Source: Basidiobolus meristosporus CBS 931.73 (Eukaryota > Fungi > Basidiobolomycota). From it: 64,000 bases of DNA. Shown in pieces: positions 12,100 through 25,452 of this stretch (positions are counted from its first letter, which is position 1; the number at the start of each line of letters is the position of its first letter). The stretch is taken from assembly GCA_002104905.1 (NCBI GenBank), contig MCFE01000327.1, positions 30,341-94,340 of the forward strand. Reading direction: 5' to 3'. The position numbers and the translations under genes are program-made. The notes beneath the pieces were generated by a model that was given only the letters and a program-made list of their open reading frames with translations, had not been told where the DNA came from and searched no databases.

Positions 12100-14050
12100 G
12101 GACTACTGTGATTCAAAATTGTAAGAGAAGAGAAAAAAGGCTATGTGGCTATTGTAGCAAGCCTCTCAGCCAGGAAGCACACAGACAGCATAGGATGTAT
12201 TACAAGGATCACAGCCAGTATTTTGCCACACAAGTCATATTTGACCATTGATCAATCACTACTGTTCCAACATTATCTTACTAGCCAGTTGATACTTCTA
12301 TATTGGCACCTAGCCATTTTTGTCACCTTGTGCAAACTGAGTCAGGTGTGTTAGTGACACCTTTAGGCTCACATCAGCCTTCTGAATGTGGCATGCAGAG
12401 TGATAGCTCTGATGAAGAAGGTTCACTGATGGATTGTAATCCTATCTCCCCTAACATCAGTACCATGCATGCACCTAGTCAAGTCCCAATATGTAATGAG
12501 TCAAGACCTGTTGGAGCAAACACCAAGGATACTTTGTGGAGCCAAGTAAGCCCAGTAATCCATCTACTGGTGACTGATAAAATGTAGTGGCTAGAGAAGT
12601 GGTGCATTTCCACCAATATCAGTAATGGGGTCTTTGAGAATTTATTGCTACTTCTTGCCAAAATTGTCCTGGGATTCAACCTACTATGTACATGGTACAA
12701 GTGGACAATTGTTATGCAGCTGTCAACCTATGATCCAGAGACTGTCCTGATTCCAGCATGTTATAACAGTTGCATGGCATTCACATCCAAAAATGCTATC
12801 ATTGTAAAATGTCTAAATTGTCAGGAATCCACCACCCTTGAAGGAAAACATTGTTCACACTCTAGATATATTCCAGTAATACTCCATTTAACAAAGCACA
12901 TGCAGTCCAACAAATATTGCAAAGCTATAGAGTACCACACTCAGTATCAATCAAGCACAAGCATTTCCACATATTCAATGGCAAACATTACAAACAGCTA
13001 AGAAGTAAGGGCTACTCAAAAGGTAAAATGACCATGCCTTTGCCTTGGCACTTGATGGATTCTCATTAAAAAAGTACTCTACCAGCAAATCTTGCTGGCC
13101 ACTAATTCTCATCAATCTAAATCAGCTGCCCATCTTACAGTGTCTGAGCAAAAATCTGATGGTAGTCTCACTGGTATCTGGGCCTAAAGCACTGTCCAAC
13201 CTGGATAGCTACCTGTATCCATTGATGGATGAATTTTGTATGCTTTCCGGCTAGATAACAGTAAATGGCCATCATGTAAAAGCGTAAATTATTATCTGCA
13301 TTGGGAATACCCCCAGCCATCAGCAAGATAGCAGGTTTTTCTGGGCACAATGGATGGTATTGCTGTCAATTGTGTGCAATCCAGGGGACTTACTCCATAA
13401 CTCACATATATTATTAGTACCCAAACACCAACACTAAGAACATTGACTTCCCACTGAGAGAATGTACAGAAGCCAGTATGCAATTGCAGTAAAGTTGGCA
13501 AGCTATAAGCCATTGGCCAGAATACAGAATCAATTGGAAGTCAGAGATACTTAATATAGATGGTTCCTGTTGGAGAAAAAGCTTTCAGCTGGTAGTAATG
13601 CACTTGCTTCTCATCAATATCCCCAAACTGATGACCAAGTTGTACATGGGGCATTTCAAGCTAAATGATCCCTTTGAGAGACTGGAGAAATTTGAAGAAT
13701 TGGCAAGATATTACAGAGTATTTGCTACCCTAAGTATTTCACAGAAGCTCCAATCAACACTTATATGCACATGCAATAATAAAGTGCAAGGATTGGATGA
13801 GCTAGATATGTATTTATTCAAGTGGCCTTCTGAAGCCATTGTACCAAGAGTACATTGGAAGCATTGGGAGTCATATGTGAAATGTTGGAATATCTATCCA
13901 GAAGCAGAAAACCAATGGCAACCTGACACATCTACAGCTGTTGTGCAAGGAGTTTGTAATAGGATTTGAGCAGCTATACTACAAACATAAAGCTGAATGC
14001 ATAGATCTCTGCTGCAATTGTATCCATTCTCTACTCCATCATGCTTTATG
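12100..14050 (+). mobile_element. CACTA/EnSpm-type (Tnp2-like) transposase remnant
   Basis: Fragments ALDGFSLKK...SCWPLILINLN...LVSGPKALSNLDSYLYPLMDEF (13045-13254) and MHLLLINIPKLMTKLYMGHFK (13598-) resemble the Transposase_21/Tnp2 family as recalled; frameshifted; ends not found. Confidence 0.65.
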
Positions 14051-14089
14051 TGTGGATAATATTGGGCATTACTTCACCTTTTAGGAGTT

Positions 14090-15151
14090 ACCTATAGAGC
14101 AGTATAGTGGGGTGACAGTGACACCCACTTACAGATGTGCTCATTCCCATATTTTCTACTTCCCTATATCTCTACTACACTTATTTTAGTTTTATCCCAT
14201 TTGTCTTACCTGATCAGTACTATCCCATAAGCCAGTTGACTATAACACCTGCTTACCTTATTGCATAAGTTATCCCTCACTTAATGTAAGATTACTAGCT
14301 GTAAGTACTTCTATATTAGGCAAGCACCCGTGCCAGTACCCGTGACACATGGTCAACCTGTGTCGCCATCCCTACCATTTTCATACCATATATGGTATCC
14401 CTATGTTACACAGGTTTCAGAATACTGATTCCTGATTGGTTGGATGTGCTGTGCCGCTTAGAACCTTCTGGCACCTACTTAGAACATTCTTAGGTCATTC
14501 TGATGTCATTAAGATTTCTACTGATATCCAGAACCTTCTGCAACACCATGATTAGTAATCACTTAGCCAGTAAGAAAAGTATATAAGGGAGGCTATCCCT
14601 CAACAATAAATCATCATCCCTTTTATCAATACACCAACTTGTTGATTAGTGTGATCACTGCTACCTGCTGCTACCTGAACTTCCAACCCCAGACCACAGG
14701 ACACTCCCAGGAAACTGCGCTGATAGCCAACTGACCTTGGAGGCACTACTTGTGAGGAATACTCAGAGTAGGTATCTTTTGTTATAGTTGATTCTTTCCC
14801 AAGTTTGTTCTTGTACAGGCAAAGATACTTTTCTGTCTTTGTAACTATTGACCACAGCTGCATTCTTATCAAGTCCCTGCTGGTGGAGTTTACAGTTGTT
14901 TTGACTTTGGAAGCTTTAGTACATTGTCATCTCAAAGGATGCTGAACCCAGCACATACTTTTGTTAAGACGCCAACTGAATTGGGGATATTAGCTCAATA
15001 GTTTTCCCTTGACAAGCTTCTGGCTTTATTCCCTTTCACATTAGATTAGAGACAGAACCCAAATATTACTAGCAAGCTTTTGCCAGAGGTTATTGCACCC
15101 AGTGAACACCCCACACACAAAACACTTGAGAAGTGTTGGATGTATCTCTCC
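14090..15151 (+). repeat. ~1-kb solo/partial LTR of gypsy family 2
   Basis: Reverse-complement homolog of 19242-~20290 over its length; similarity stops at the LTR/PBS boundary. Left edge approximate. Confidence 0.7.
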
Positions 15152-15789
15152 CTTGGACCTATACACCACCACAGCGGATGTGTGGGGAGATAGGAAGACT
15201 AGTCAAGTTGCAGGTATCACCATATCCCAATCTCATCAAGAATATTACCTTCATGTTTGTCATGGATGTTATGAGTTGGCACATGGTGGACAGCCTGGAA
15301 GAGTTGAAAAATACTGAGGACAGATGTGCATGTTGAGACACCTATGCCCCTGGCGTTAAGAAGCTAAGCAGCCCCAATGCATGGGTAAGCAGTTCAGTAA
15401 TGCAAAGTTGGGTTGGGTGTAACATGCACTGATTTTTATTAGGAGAACTCTGCAAAGGTATGTTGGATCTCTCATTGGCAAACAAGAGCCAGATGGCACC
15501 TGTAAGGGGGACCAGAATTCAGCAGGGAGTAGGAATATATTGGCTAAATACCAAGAAGTCCTTTGCAGATATTCAGGAGGTATTCATGGCAGAAGTGGTA
15601 ACAACCAAGCATATGTTTGCAAGATGTATATGTCACCTTCAGTACAAGCTATATGGCAACTTTGCATGTATTACACCAGAAAGCAGTAAAGTTGAGGTGA
15701 TAGAGGTATGCCAATTGCAGCTGGTGTGTGCATTTGTACAGGTTACTAAGCAGGAGGCCATAGTTTTTTTTTGATTTGAACTACATGCA

Positions 15790-16790
15790 GAATACCCAAG
15801 GTAGTAGTGGGTAAGCAAATAAAGAGGGGTGATTCTACAGTGGAATATACAAATTGCCCAAGGGGAGGTAGAAAAGGAAATACCACTTGGTCAATTGATA
15901 TGGTAGTATTATACCCAACCAGCTGTGGCCTGCTGTACTGCCATGATAATGCTTTCAGAGACTGGCAATGGGGCCATTAAAATACCATCAAGATTCTTGC
16001 CATATATGGCAACTGGAAACCCTAGCTGGTTGGATCCATTTAAAATAGTTGTAGAGTGCATTAAGATTGCAACAATGCCATGCAGTTATTGTTACAGCTC
16101 CAATCAAACCCTGTCAAGTTTCATAATTTTGTTTGGCAGTAAAATTAGCATAACACCATTGTAATCCCATCATAAGATTGTTAGAGGGTCACTAATTCCA
16201 AGCTGCAGGTATTATGACAGTCTCCAAACAGGATCCTAATGGCTTATCTGGGTTGGATCCACCTGTGGGACCAAGTTACTTTTCTTAGGGTAGATGTGGA
16301 ATACCCAAGTTATTAGTGGGTAAGCAAATAAAAATGGATGATTCTATAGCTGAATATAATAATGGTGCAAATGCAAGTAGAAAGTGGGAATATCATTTAG
16401 TAAATTGGCACACAAGCATCATACAGAGCTGGTTGTAGGCCTCTGTACTACTGTTGTAATGCCAGCAAAGGTCTGCAATGAGGCCATCAGAACCATGTTA
16501 AGCTTCTTGCCATGTAAAACAAATGGAAGTGTTGACTGGTCATGTCTGCACAAATAAATGTTGATCACATTAAGACCATTGGAATGCCAAGCTGTTCCTA
16601 TCAAGAGGCTGCCAAACACTGTCAAGTTTTGACTTTGTTAGGCAGTAAACTCAGCAAAACACCACCACTACCCTATCATAAGATTATGTACAGGGTTGTA
16701 AGCTCAAAGCTGCAAGCATTATGATGGTCTTATTGCAGGATGCTGGCTGTGATCTGGATTGCATCCACTGCTGGGACCAAATTGTAGCTA
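15790..16790. repeat. Old tandem duplication, period ~507-509 bp
   Basis: GAATACCCAAG...GTGGGTAAGCAAATAAA at 15790 and 16299; GGGACCAA at 16267 and 16773. Minus-strand peptides YGKNLDGILMAPLPVSESII and HGKKLNMVLMASLQTFAGIT align. Confidence 0.7.
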
Positions 16791-17051
16791 TAGGGGCTCT
16801 GAGTAGCTCACCCTTGATCATTTATGGTAACTTATTGGATCTCTGCATCAATTATAGCATCAAAGTGGGGATCCAAGTCTTTAAATGATTGCGGTCCCTG
16901 CTGAGATAGTAGACCTGCTCTGTAGGATAGTACCACATTGAGCCATGAGTGGCAATAGCCAATCAATGCACACAAACATAGGAGGTGATAGAGTGTCTGG
17001 GATCAGAAAGTGAGCAAGTTGGCAGGGAACCATTCAAAAGCCACTTATATA

Positions 17052-17400
17052 TGTTGTAAAAATTTGTAATTCCACCTAAATATTCACCTAACTTAGTCAC
17101 TTAGATCATCACCTTCAAATCCTGGAGAATACTGACCAAATTCCTTGTTGGGATTTACTTAGAATATTTTCACCAAAACACCAGGTACCCAGAACATGAA
17201 AATTCTCAAAGTTGTCCAAACAGCCCCAAACTTTGCACACATGCTCTTGGGACCTTCCTTAACCTATTCTATGTGTTTGTAATGCCAGGACCAGGTAAAA
17301 GTATAAATACTACTTTTACATTCAATAAATCATTAAGTGAAAACCACATAATCTACTTGTTCTCCCAATCACTTCCAATATCTCCAAGACTCTTACAACA
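17052..17400 (+). repeat. Copia-family solo LTR, 349 bp
   Basis: TGTTGTAAAA...CTTACAACA, reverse complement of 36045-36392; flanks ATATA/ATATG (4 of 5 TSD match). Confidence 0.9.
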
Positions 17401-17479
17401 ATATGTTGTTGTGATGAAAAATTTGACTAAGTTTTGAGTGAAATCTGGGGTGCAATTATTTTTCAACAGTCCCTGGTTG

Positions 17480-20290
17480 GTGTCCTGACAAGACCAGTAC
17501 ATCTTAGTCACAGGACTTTATACTTGTGACAGCCTTTTGACAGGATCATTACAACAATTTTTCATAGAGTGTAGCTGTAGATTAAGTTCTTGTATAGTTT
17601 ACCAAACAGATTCATTTAAGTAATTTTAAGTTGTAGCCTTAGTAGTGGTCACCCATGGTCTACTAGGCAGAAGGTGAATGTTTGCCTTCTGGCAGATGAA
17701 GAGGGGATGCCAGACTTGTTCCTTGTACCTTGATAGGGAATCTGTTGACTATACCATAGAGTAGACTAGATCCTGAGTTTGCAACAGTCATGTCCCATAT
17801 GGTTTCTCTGTCAGCTGGCAGTAGCTCCTTGTCTCTAAGTGTCTTCCAAAAGTCTAGAGACATAACACTTATCTCCAAACCACTGTCAATATGGCAGTTA
17901 ACAAGGTCTGAGTATATATATGGATCCTTTCACTATAGTGGTTGCAACTGAGTAAATGGTCCTACATGCTGTGCTATCTTCATTGTTCTGGTGGTTATCA
18001 TGATTTGTGTGAATAATGTAGGTGCCCATATGTTCAACTGCTTGACATATTGTACTATGTTGCTCATCACAGCTCTTCAAAACAGATGATGATACACTCA
18101 TGATCTTTCCAACCAACAATGGGAGGTTCTGCTTCAGCAACTTCTCAGCAATCAGATGAGGGCCTGAGGAACATACTATCTTTGAGGTAATCTGAGAGCA
18201 AGGCAAAAGTTTTGAGTGGGCAGCCTACTTGGCCTCTTGTCAATGATTACCTCAGGTTCTTCATATTACGGTCTTGTAAGGATGGGTTGACTGGCTCCTC
18301 AGCAAGGTGCTTGGGATGGTAAAGGCATCAGCATTATATTCTTTGTTGTCAGGCAAATAGGATGCACTTTGTGTGTCCAAATAGAGGCATTAATGGTAAT
18401 CTTCCTATTTGCTGAATCAGGTTTTTGGAACAGGGCACTCATACCTCCACTTTGGAAGTAGGTGGGGATCCTTTTTCCTTTCTTGTCAGCAAGCATTCCA
18501 TCAGCATTATCTGTCAGGTTGGATTTTAAGATTTTGATAGTGGTGAAAGTCAGTTTTGCTGTTAGGAGAACAACTTCATTGCTGCAAAGCATGAGATGCA
18601 AGACTTGTTGTGTTTGACCGCACATAGGTCAAGTTTCTTTGTCAAGTCTTGGGGAGGCCTTGAGCAAAGCAATGTATCATGGAAAACCCATTATAGCTTG
18701 GGACTCTAGGAGTGGCTTGGCCATATCTCTACAATGTTGAATGAACTTTTCAATTGGTAGCTTGGAAGGTCTAGTCCTCCCAAAGTGTATCAAGTCTTCA
18801 ATTTGACTGTAGATAGAGGGTCTACCATACTTGGCTTTTGGGTGGGTCATCATTAAGGTCCCATTTGTTAGAATGTCTGTTGGATGCAAGAGAAAAGTTT
18901 AACAGAACTCATGAATGGCTCCTTGCCTGAAAAGCTTAGTGGTAATATCATTGTTGCAGTAATAGGCAAAGTCTTCAGCCATTTCTTGTTTTGAGAGGCA
19001 GCACATCTTGCAGAGCTTCTCCCATCCAAATTTGAAGCTTTCCTCATTATTTCCATTAAATTGGAGAGCTCCATGTTGGAGTGGTAATGGCATAGAACTC
19101 ATTTGAAATGGTAGGTTGGTGTTGTAATCTTGATAATATTAGTAGTCTCTTTTCAATAAGTGAATAGTGGCTTGAATCTTCTGGCAAATCTTGTTGGGTC
19201 CTAGGGGGTTGGTATAGTCTTCCCATGTTGGGTGCCAAATATGAGGAGAGATACTTACAACACTTCTCAAGTGCTTTTTGCGTGAGGTGTCTGCTGGGTG
19301 CAATAGCCTCTGGTAAAAGCTTGCTAGGGCTACTTGGGTTTTGTCTCTGCTCTAATATGAAGGGGAATGAAGCCACAAGCTTGTCAATGGAAGGCCATTG
19401 AGTTACAATCCCCAACTTAGTTGGCATCCTAACAAAAGTATGTGCTGGGCTCAGCATCCTTTGGGATGACAATGAACTAAAGCTTGCAAAGTCAAAACAA
19501 CTGTAAACTCTACCAGCAGGGACATGATAAGAATGCAGCTGTGGTCAATAATGACAATGACAGAAAAGTATCTTCTCCTGTACAAGTACAAACTCGGGAA
19601 AAATCTAATCTAATAAAAGATACAGACACTGAGTATTCCTCACCAGCAGTGCCCCCAAGGTCAGTTGGCTGTCAGCACAGTCTCCTGAGAGTATCCTGTA
19701 GTCTGGGATTGGAAGTTCAGGCAGCAGCTGGTGTCAGTGATCACACTAATCAAAAAGCTGGTATAGTGATAAAAGGAATGATGATTTATGAATGAGGGAT
19801 CCCTCCTTTATATACTTTTCACACTGGCCAAGTAATTACTAATCATGGTGCTCCAGAAGGCTCAAGAGATCAATAGAAATCTTAATGATATCAGAATGAG
19901 CTAAGAATGTTCCAAGTAGATACCAGAAGGCTCCAAGAGACACCACATATCCTGCCAATCAGGGATCAGTTTTTTGAAGCCTGTATAAAGTAGAGATACC
20001 ATATATGGGATGAAAATGGTATGGGTGGTGACTTAGTTTGGTTATAGGGACTGGCTCTGGTACTTGTCTTACATAGAAGCACTAAAATCTAGTGATCTTA
20101 CACAAAGTGAGGAAAAATGTGTGTCATAAAATATGCAGGTGTTGTAGTTATCCTGCTTATGTCACAGCATTGATCAGATAAGACAAATGGAATAAAACCA
20201 AAATATGTATAGTAGAAAAATAGGGAAGTAGAAAAAATGGGGATGAGAACTTCTGTCAGTAGTTGTCACTCTGACCCACTACTCCACCAT
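17480..20290 (-). mobile_element. Ty3/gypsy family 2, truncated (5' LTR, tRNA-Lys PBS, gag, RH end, integrase)
   Basis: LTR ~20290-19242 ends in CA and is followed by TGGCACCCAACATGGG (19222-19237), the tRNA-Lys(CTT) PBS TGGCGCCCAACGTGGG with two CpG>CpA changes. RH-end motif YLPDNKEYNADAF near 18330-18370, then integrase-like GPHLIAEKL (17898-18206). RT and 3' LTR not seen. Confidence 0.75.
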
Positions 20291-20789
20291 AATCCCACCA
20301 TATAATTGATTTTCCTGTAGAACTTAGATTGTTGTCTATGTGCTTTGTAGTCTCTTTACAGGTTTATTAACAATGAATATTAGAATACTCAGCAATACAG
20401 GTAATGCATGGGAAGTCTTGGAGCTTTTAGACTTGTAATTGAGGCATGGAAATTCTAGAATGAAAGGCTCTCCCTGTGTTGTTCAGCTGGGGAAGTCATG
20501 TGTATGTAATATGTGGTTTCACTCTTTTGGGCAATTCCCCAAGCAGTACATATAATACAAAGCTAGAACATTGAAGTTAAACAGATGAGACATAGGTGCA
20601 ACAACTGGAAAATTCACTTTTTGGTCAATGCCATGCATAATGTGTAAGGTCTCCAAAGGATTGAAGGGATGCATTTGGTACACATCACCCATTGCACTCT
20701 GAATATAGCTCCAGAGGTCTGTAACCTGTCACAAAAATGCATAGCACCATCTTGGTCCACTGGTACTATCTGGCTCTATATTTGAATAT

Positions 20790-21160
20790 TAGCCTTGAAG
20801 TAAAACCTATACAAAGCACTTATAGTGACAGATAGCACTGGTAGTCCAAAATAGTGCCATGCACTTATGTGACAAATTACAAACATCTGGGGCTGGATTC
20901 AGAGTGCCATGGGTATTTAATATCCAATGCACGCTACAATCCTTCTGTGCTCTTACACATCATCACAATATTGATCCCAAGAAAGAGGTTGAAATATGGG
21001 TTCTCTCCAGCATAGTGGGTGAAACACACAGGCTGCTTTGCATGAATATGTAGAGCTATGCTTCATACTCTGTTGCCAAAAATAGACTTACTTAGCCTTG
21101 CTGGCACATTTCAGCACTATTTAGCACACATGGCCCAATGTGGCACTTTCCAATGGAAAA
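20790..21160 (+). repeat. Unclassified interspersed repeat
   Basis: Homologous to 44900-45430 (-), 16900-16970 (-) and 34400-34490 (+); shared core GGCACTATTTGGCACTCATGGCTCAATGTGGTACTATCC. Confidence 0.55.
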
Positions 21161-21199
21161 GGTCTCACATACTCTACAATTCACATACATTTTTATTAT

Positions 21200-21370
21200 C
21201 CCTAAACCAACACCAAGAACACCATCTTCCCACAAATAGAACATAATGAAGTCAGCATGCAATTGCAGCAAAGCTGGCAAGCTATAAGCCATAGGCCAGA
21301 ATATAAAATTAATTAAAACAGATATACTTAAGATGATAGGTATGTCCTGGAGCAAAAGCTTTGCACTTCT
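21200..21370 (+). mobile_element. Fragment of the CACTA-type transposase region
   Basis: GCAATTGCAG(C/T)AAAG(C/T)TGGCAAGCTATAAGCCAT is shared with 13480-13520, and flanking similarity continues. Confidence 0.55.
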
Positions 21371-21894
21371 TCATTCTCTACCTGGGATATTAATTGCTGC
21401 ACATGCATTACTTGGTTGTCCTGTTTCTGGACAGCTTCCCAATTTCTTTGGACCATCACATCTATCCTGTTAGCCACAACACATAAATGCCTATTGATGC
21501 ATTGGTATATTCTGTCAGCACACTTACAAATACTGATGGTGGTGATGTTTTGACAGTCATTTGTTGCATTCTACCAGAGGTACCGCATTTGCTATATTCT
21601 TATCTACCTGAGCATTGTGGTGAGCTTGCTGCTCTGCTGATATTCTCAGGTGTCTACTTGACTTAGCACTAGAGCAATCTACATTATTAGCTTCAGTAAG
21701 CACACTGTGAACATTGCCATTTATGGATGTAGTCACGATTGCTACACTGAATGTCAAAGCAGGCTGTTGTCCAACCATTCTTCAGCTGCTTCCTGCAGTG
21801 GGATCTGCTTGGAAACCTGATGACTCTGCTTCATTTTTGGCAGTATATGTATGGAAGTGGGTCAAACCAGTGGGGACATAGTGCTATTTTGAAT

Positions 21895-22356
21895 ATCTAA
21901 GAAAAAAACTTTAAAAAAGCCAGCAGAATACCATCATATTATCAGCTGAATTCCAACTTTTCCAAAGATGGCAAGTCCCAATATCTCATGTATTAGTCCC
22001 ATAGAAGACAAGTAGATATCCTTTCCAGGGGAGACTAGGCCAGCTAGCATATATACCATATCTGGTAATCAGTTACTCTTTACTTCCATCAAAGATTGCA
22101 GCACAAGATTTGAAGCAGAAGCATCAACTGAATACCCAAGAAATACCATTCAGATACCAGCTAAAAATCCAATGAGTTCCAACTTTGAGATTTTTCATAG
22201 GGAGCATTTATACAAGATTTGGCAATAAGGTGCCCACTACTTCCACCAAGATATTCAGCTAAAAATTGAATGAAAAACACCAGCAAAATGCCAGCAAAAT
22301 ATAGTTGGAATACCAACTGATAGTCAGATAAGTTCCAAGTATGATATTTTTTGTAT
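21895..22356. mobile_element. Inverted copy of the CCCTAAG MITE (21895-22202) plus a partial tandem end (to ~22356)
   Basis: TTTGAGATTTTTCATAGGG at 22184-22202 matches the reverse complement of the 8682 terminus; internal homology to 8700-8995; no TSD visible. Confidence 0.6.
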
Positions 22357-22599
22357 GGCTCAGGATCTTGATGGAAACCTTGGAGATATGAAAAGTGATC
22401 AAGAAAGCAGATAGATTGTGAAAACCCCAGGATGGATCCTCCATCAATCAAGCACCCCGATGGTACACCTGGGGCATAGAAAATTCCTACCACTCCAAAT
22501 CAGTCCATTTTTTGCCAATCAGCAAGTATATTGGCTGCAAATGAAATGTGGAATCGATCCCATCATTACCGCCATGCATCCGGGCGGAGTGGAAATGGT

Positions 22600-23450
22600 G
22601 ATTATCGGGTGGATTGCCAATCGACACTTCGAATGGTGGATAGCAGCAAATGTGCTCCGCAAGCGCGTTGCTGCTTGACCGGAAATAGATGACCCGGCTT
22701 GTGCACCCCTCCAGATGGCCGGATCTTGCTTAGCCCAGGGGGAATCACTGGATCGGTTGGGCTCGAACTCGGCAATGATATCCCTTCAGAGGGTTAGTCG
22801 AGTCACTCAGACCTTCACTCAACCTTAAGTAGTGATGATGAATGAACAGCCTCGGTGTATAGTGGTGTTTAGTTCTGTGAGGCCGCAGTATCAGTTCGAC
22901 CAAGCCGTTGCGGAAATGCCGAGTCACCCTACGCTTTCCCCACCCAAACCAAATTCAAAGTTGATGCACGCATCCAGGCTGGATGATCCCGATGGTCACA
23001 CCTCATCAAATCCGGCACCCCACTTTTCCGGGGATGGTGGACATCAATATATGCACCAAGGTGAGTCAATTGTTGCGATTTGCGTGCGGCAACGTTGCTG
23101 ATACAACCTAGCACACATTCATGGGATGAAGGACAATTCACGAAATGATAAGTCGGGTGGGTTACACCAGTCCGAGCGTCGGCTGGCATCCTGTGGGAGG
23201 AGGGCGAAGCCAGCTTCGGGTAAAGCGCGGCAGGTATGGTGGGAGGAATCTGTTGGTCCATGGTGTCGACATGGGGTTGCTGCCCGGCCTTTCCAAATCT
23301 CCCCCGAGGATGAAGCATCCCGTTGACAAGAGTCTATGCAGGTGACCGTTTACGAAAGGGTGACACCCACCTTTTCCTAGCTGCGATCTAGGATTGATTT
23401 TGGGTGGTTTGGAACTCCGCGAGACAATGTATCGACGGTTCTTTACATTC
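22600..23450 (-). pseudogene. Possible APE-endonuclease (LINE ORF2 start) remnant
   Basis: Frameshifted minus-strand motifs CFILGGDL, HPTYHF and CDHR echo the GDFN / PTY / SDH motifs of APE domains. Weak. Confidence 0.3.
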
Positions 23451-24171
23451 GGGAACTGGGATTCGCAACATAAATTACGAAATCAATGCTGCTGGATAAA
23501 GGGAGCATCCATCTTGGCCAGGAATGGCAATTGATGGTATGAGAGAATGGTGTGGGTTCACAAAGGGAGAGGAGATACTTTTAGCTGCATGTTGAGCCTC
23601 TCATCTCCAGTGTGATAGGGAGACCCAGCCATGTGGAAACCAGCTCTATACCGGATGACTACCAACACCGAGGAACAGGTTCGTTTGATTAGCACGTTTG
23701 ATTGACCATTGATGTTGGTGTAAGTGAAGCCGAAGGTATCAACCATAGTTCCATAATATACTCGGTTGCTGAGACCCCCTATTCGTTGCATATTATGGCC
23801 TTTCGAGCTGGGTGCGAAGTGCTTGATTGCTGTATAATTTGCGATGGCAGTGGTAGTGAATGCTAACCAGGCCATACAGAGATATACAGAGAGATAAATC
23901 GTTTCGTTTAGCGCTATTGTTATGCGGTGTCACCATAGCACTACTCTACGCTTCCCTGCCTACCAATCAAGCTCGGTCTGCTTCCTAACTAGGTGCTCTT
24001 ATCAGGTACCACTGGAAGACACATTGTATAACCCGGCCACTCGATTGTGCCAGTGACTACCTGTTCTTTGACACCGATGAGTGAGTCTTGGCCATCCGAA
24101 GGGATTCTCCTTAAAAGCCGGGACCAGACGCATACCATCTTGGTAGGTTTCTTACGCTTCACACAATCCTC

Positions 24172-25323
24172 ATGAAGTCATTCCATCTCCTGATTATTGC
24201 ACTGGCTGCATTGTCCATCCAGGCCGTTCCTTTGGAGAAGCACGCCAATCTGGCACCCCGTGAGATCAAAGGCTCAACGGCTTCTCCCACCTCGAGTGTG
24301 TCCAGCGTGTACGTATCCCAGAGTCCAACCTCTTCCGCAGGAACCACCTCGCACGCTAGCTCCACCCTAGCACCTGCGAACTCCTCGGCCGCCACCAACA
24401 CCCCCACCCCACCGACCAGCCTCGCCCCGAATGCTTTGAGATATCTCGATGAACAATGCGGGGCCCAATACGGTTCATGCGCACCTGGACTGTGCTGCAG
24501 CCAATGGGGATGGTGTGGATACACTTCGGACCATTGCAACTCAGGCTGCCAGAAGAATTACGGCGCCTGCGACGACAAAATAGAGGCGGAAGTGATTACC
24601 AGATGTACGGCCCCTGGCACGTTTGCCGTGACCTTCGACGATGGACCCAGCGTCCTCACCTCAGGCCTGCTGGACTATCTGGATACGGAGAAGGTGAAGG
24701 CGACCTTCTTCGTCAACGGACTTAACCAGAAGAATGCCGACACGAAGAACCCGATCCTGAGTATCTACCAACTGCAGGATGTGGTGAAGCGGGCCTACGA
24801 CTCTGGGCATCAGATTTGCTCCCACACCTGGGCCCACACTGACCTGATCACCGTCGACGAGGACGAGGCCGTCTACGAGATGACCAGACTCAACTACGCC
24901 TTCACCAAGGTCCTTGGTAAGGTCCCTACCTGCATGAGGCCACCTTACGGCGATACCGACGCCCCCGCGCGGAAGATCCTCAAGCGTATGGGGTACACTG
25001 TGGTCACCTGGAATGTCGACCCTGTGGACTGGGACCCTGCCAACACCATTGATGAGATGTATCAGGAATACATTGGCCAAACCGGATCCACCGACCCCAA
25101 GGTCGGGAGATTCATTTCGTTGAACCATGACGTCTGGAACACCACCGCCGACTTCAGACCTGAGAACTACCCCAAGACCATACCACTTGCCCAGCGGGCC
25201 ATCCAGTACCTCAAGGGCCGGGGCTGGAAGCTGGTGAATCTTGCCGATTGCCTGCAAACCGGGCCCCTCTATCGCGATGCCAACCCATCCGATAGCAGCT
25301 GCGGTGACGAGGATTGCGTCTAA
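24172..25323 (+). CDS. Secreted chitin deacetylase (CE4) with S/T-rich region and CBM18 chitin-binding domain, 383 aa
   Basis: Signal peptide; hevein-type CGAQYGSCAPGLCCSQWGWCG; CE4 motifs TFDDGP, HTWAH, RPPYG, DPVDW, SLNHD; intact single exon. Confidence 0.95.
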   Translation: MKSFHLLIIALAALSIQAVPLEKHANLAPREIKGSTASPTSSVSSVYVSQSPTSSAGTTSHASSTLAPANSSAATNTPTPPTSLAPNALRYLDEQCGAQYGSCAPGLCCSQWGWCGYTSDHCNSGCQKNYGACDDKIEAEVITRCTAPGTFAVTFDDGPSVLTSGLLDYLDTEKVKATFFVNGLNQKNADTKNPILSIYQLQDVVKRAYDSGHQICSHTWAHTDLITVDEDEAVYEMTRLNYAFTKVLGKVPTCMRPPYGDTDAPARKILKRMGYTVVTWNVDPVDWDPANTIDEMYQEYIGQTGSTDPKVGRFISLNHDVWNTTADFRPENYPKTIPLAQRAIQYLKGRGWKLVNLADCLQTGPLYRDANPSDSSCGDEDCV

Positions 25324-25452
25324 CCCTAACCCTAGCCACCAGAGTGCAGATGATTCTAGGAACCCGGTGGATTCTATATTTATTTCTTAGTAGTTTAATA
25401 AAGGTATCTTGGATATAGCATCGCTTGGCGGCAATGGGTTATTTACAGACGG

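Noticed and set aside
14090-20290. 1-kb inverted repeats as DIRS-type or TIR termini of one element
   Set aside because: The 19242 copy is followed by a tRNA PBS and gag, so it is an LTR; the 14090 copy is better read as an independent solo LTR. No tyrosine recombinase was seen.
23558-23875. 105-aa ORF with hydrophobic start and a faint jacalin-like VDTFGFTY motif
   Set aside because: Too short and too weak to call; no other support.
25321-25334. TAACCCTAACCCTA directly at the CDA stop codon
   Set aside because: Only about two units, overlapping the stop, with no associated rearrangement; may be chance.
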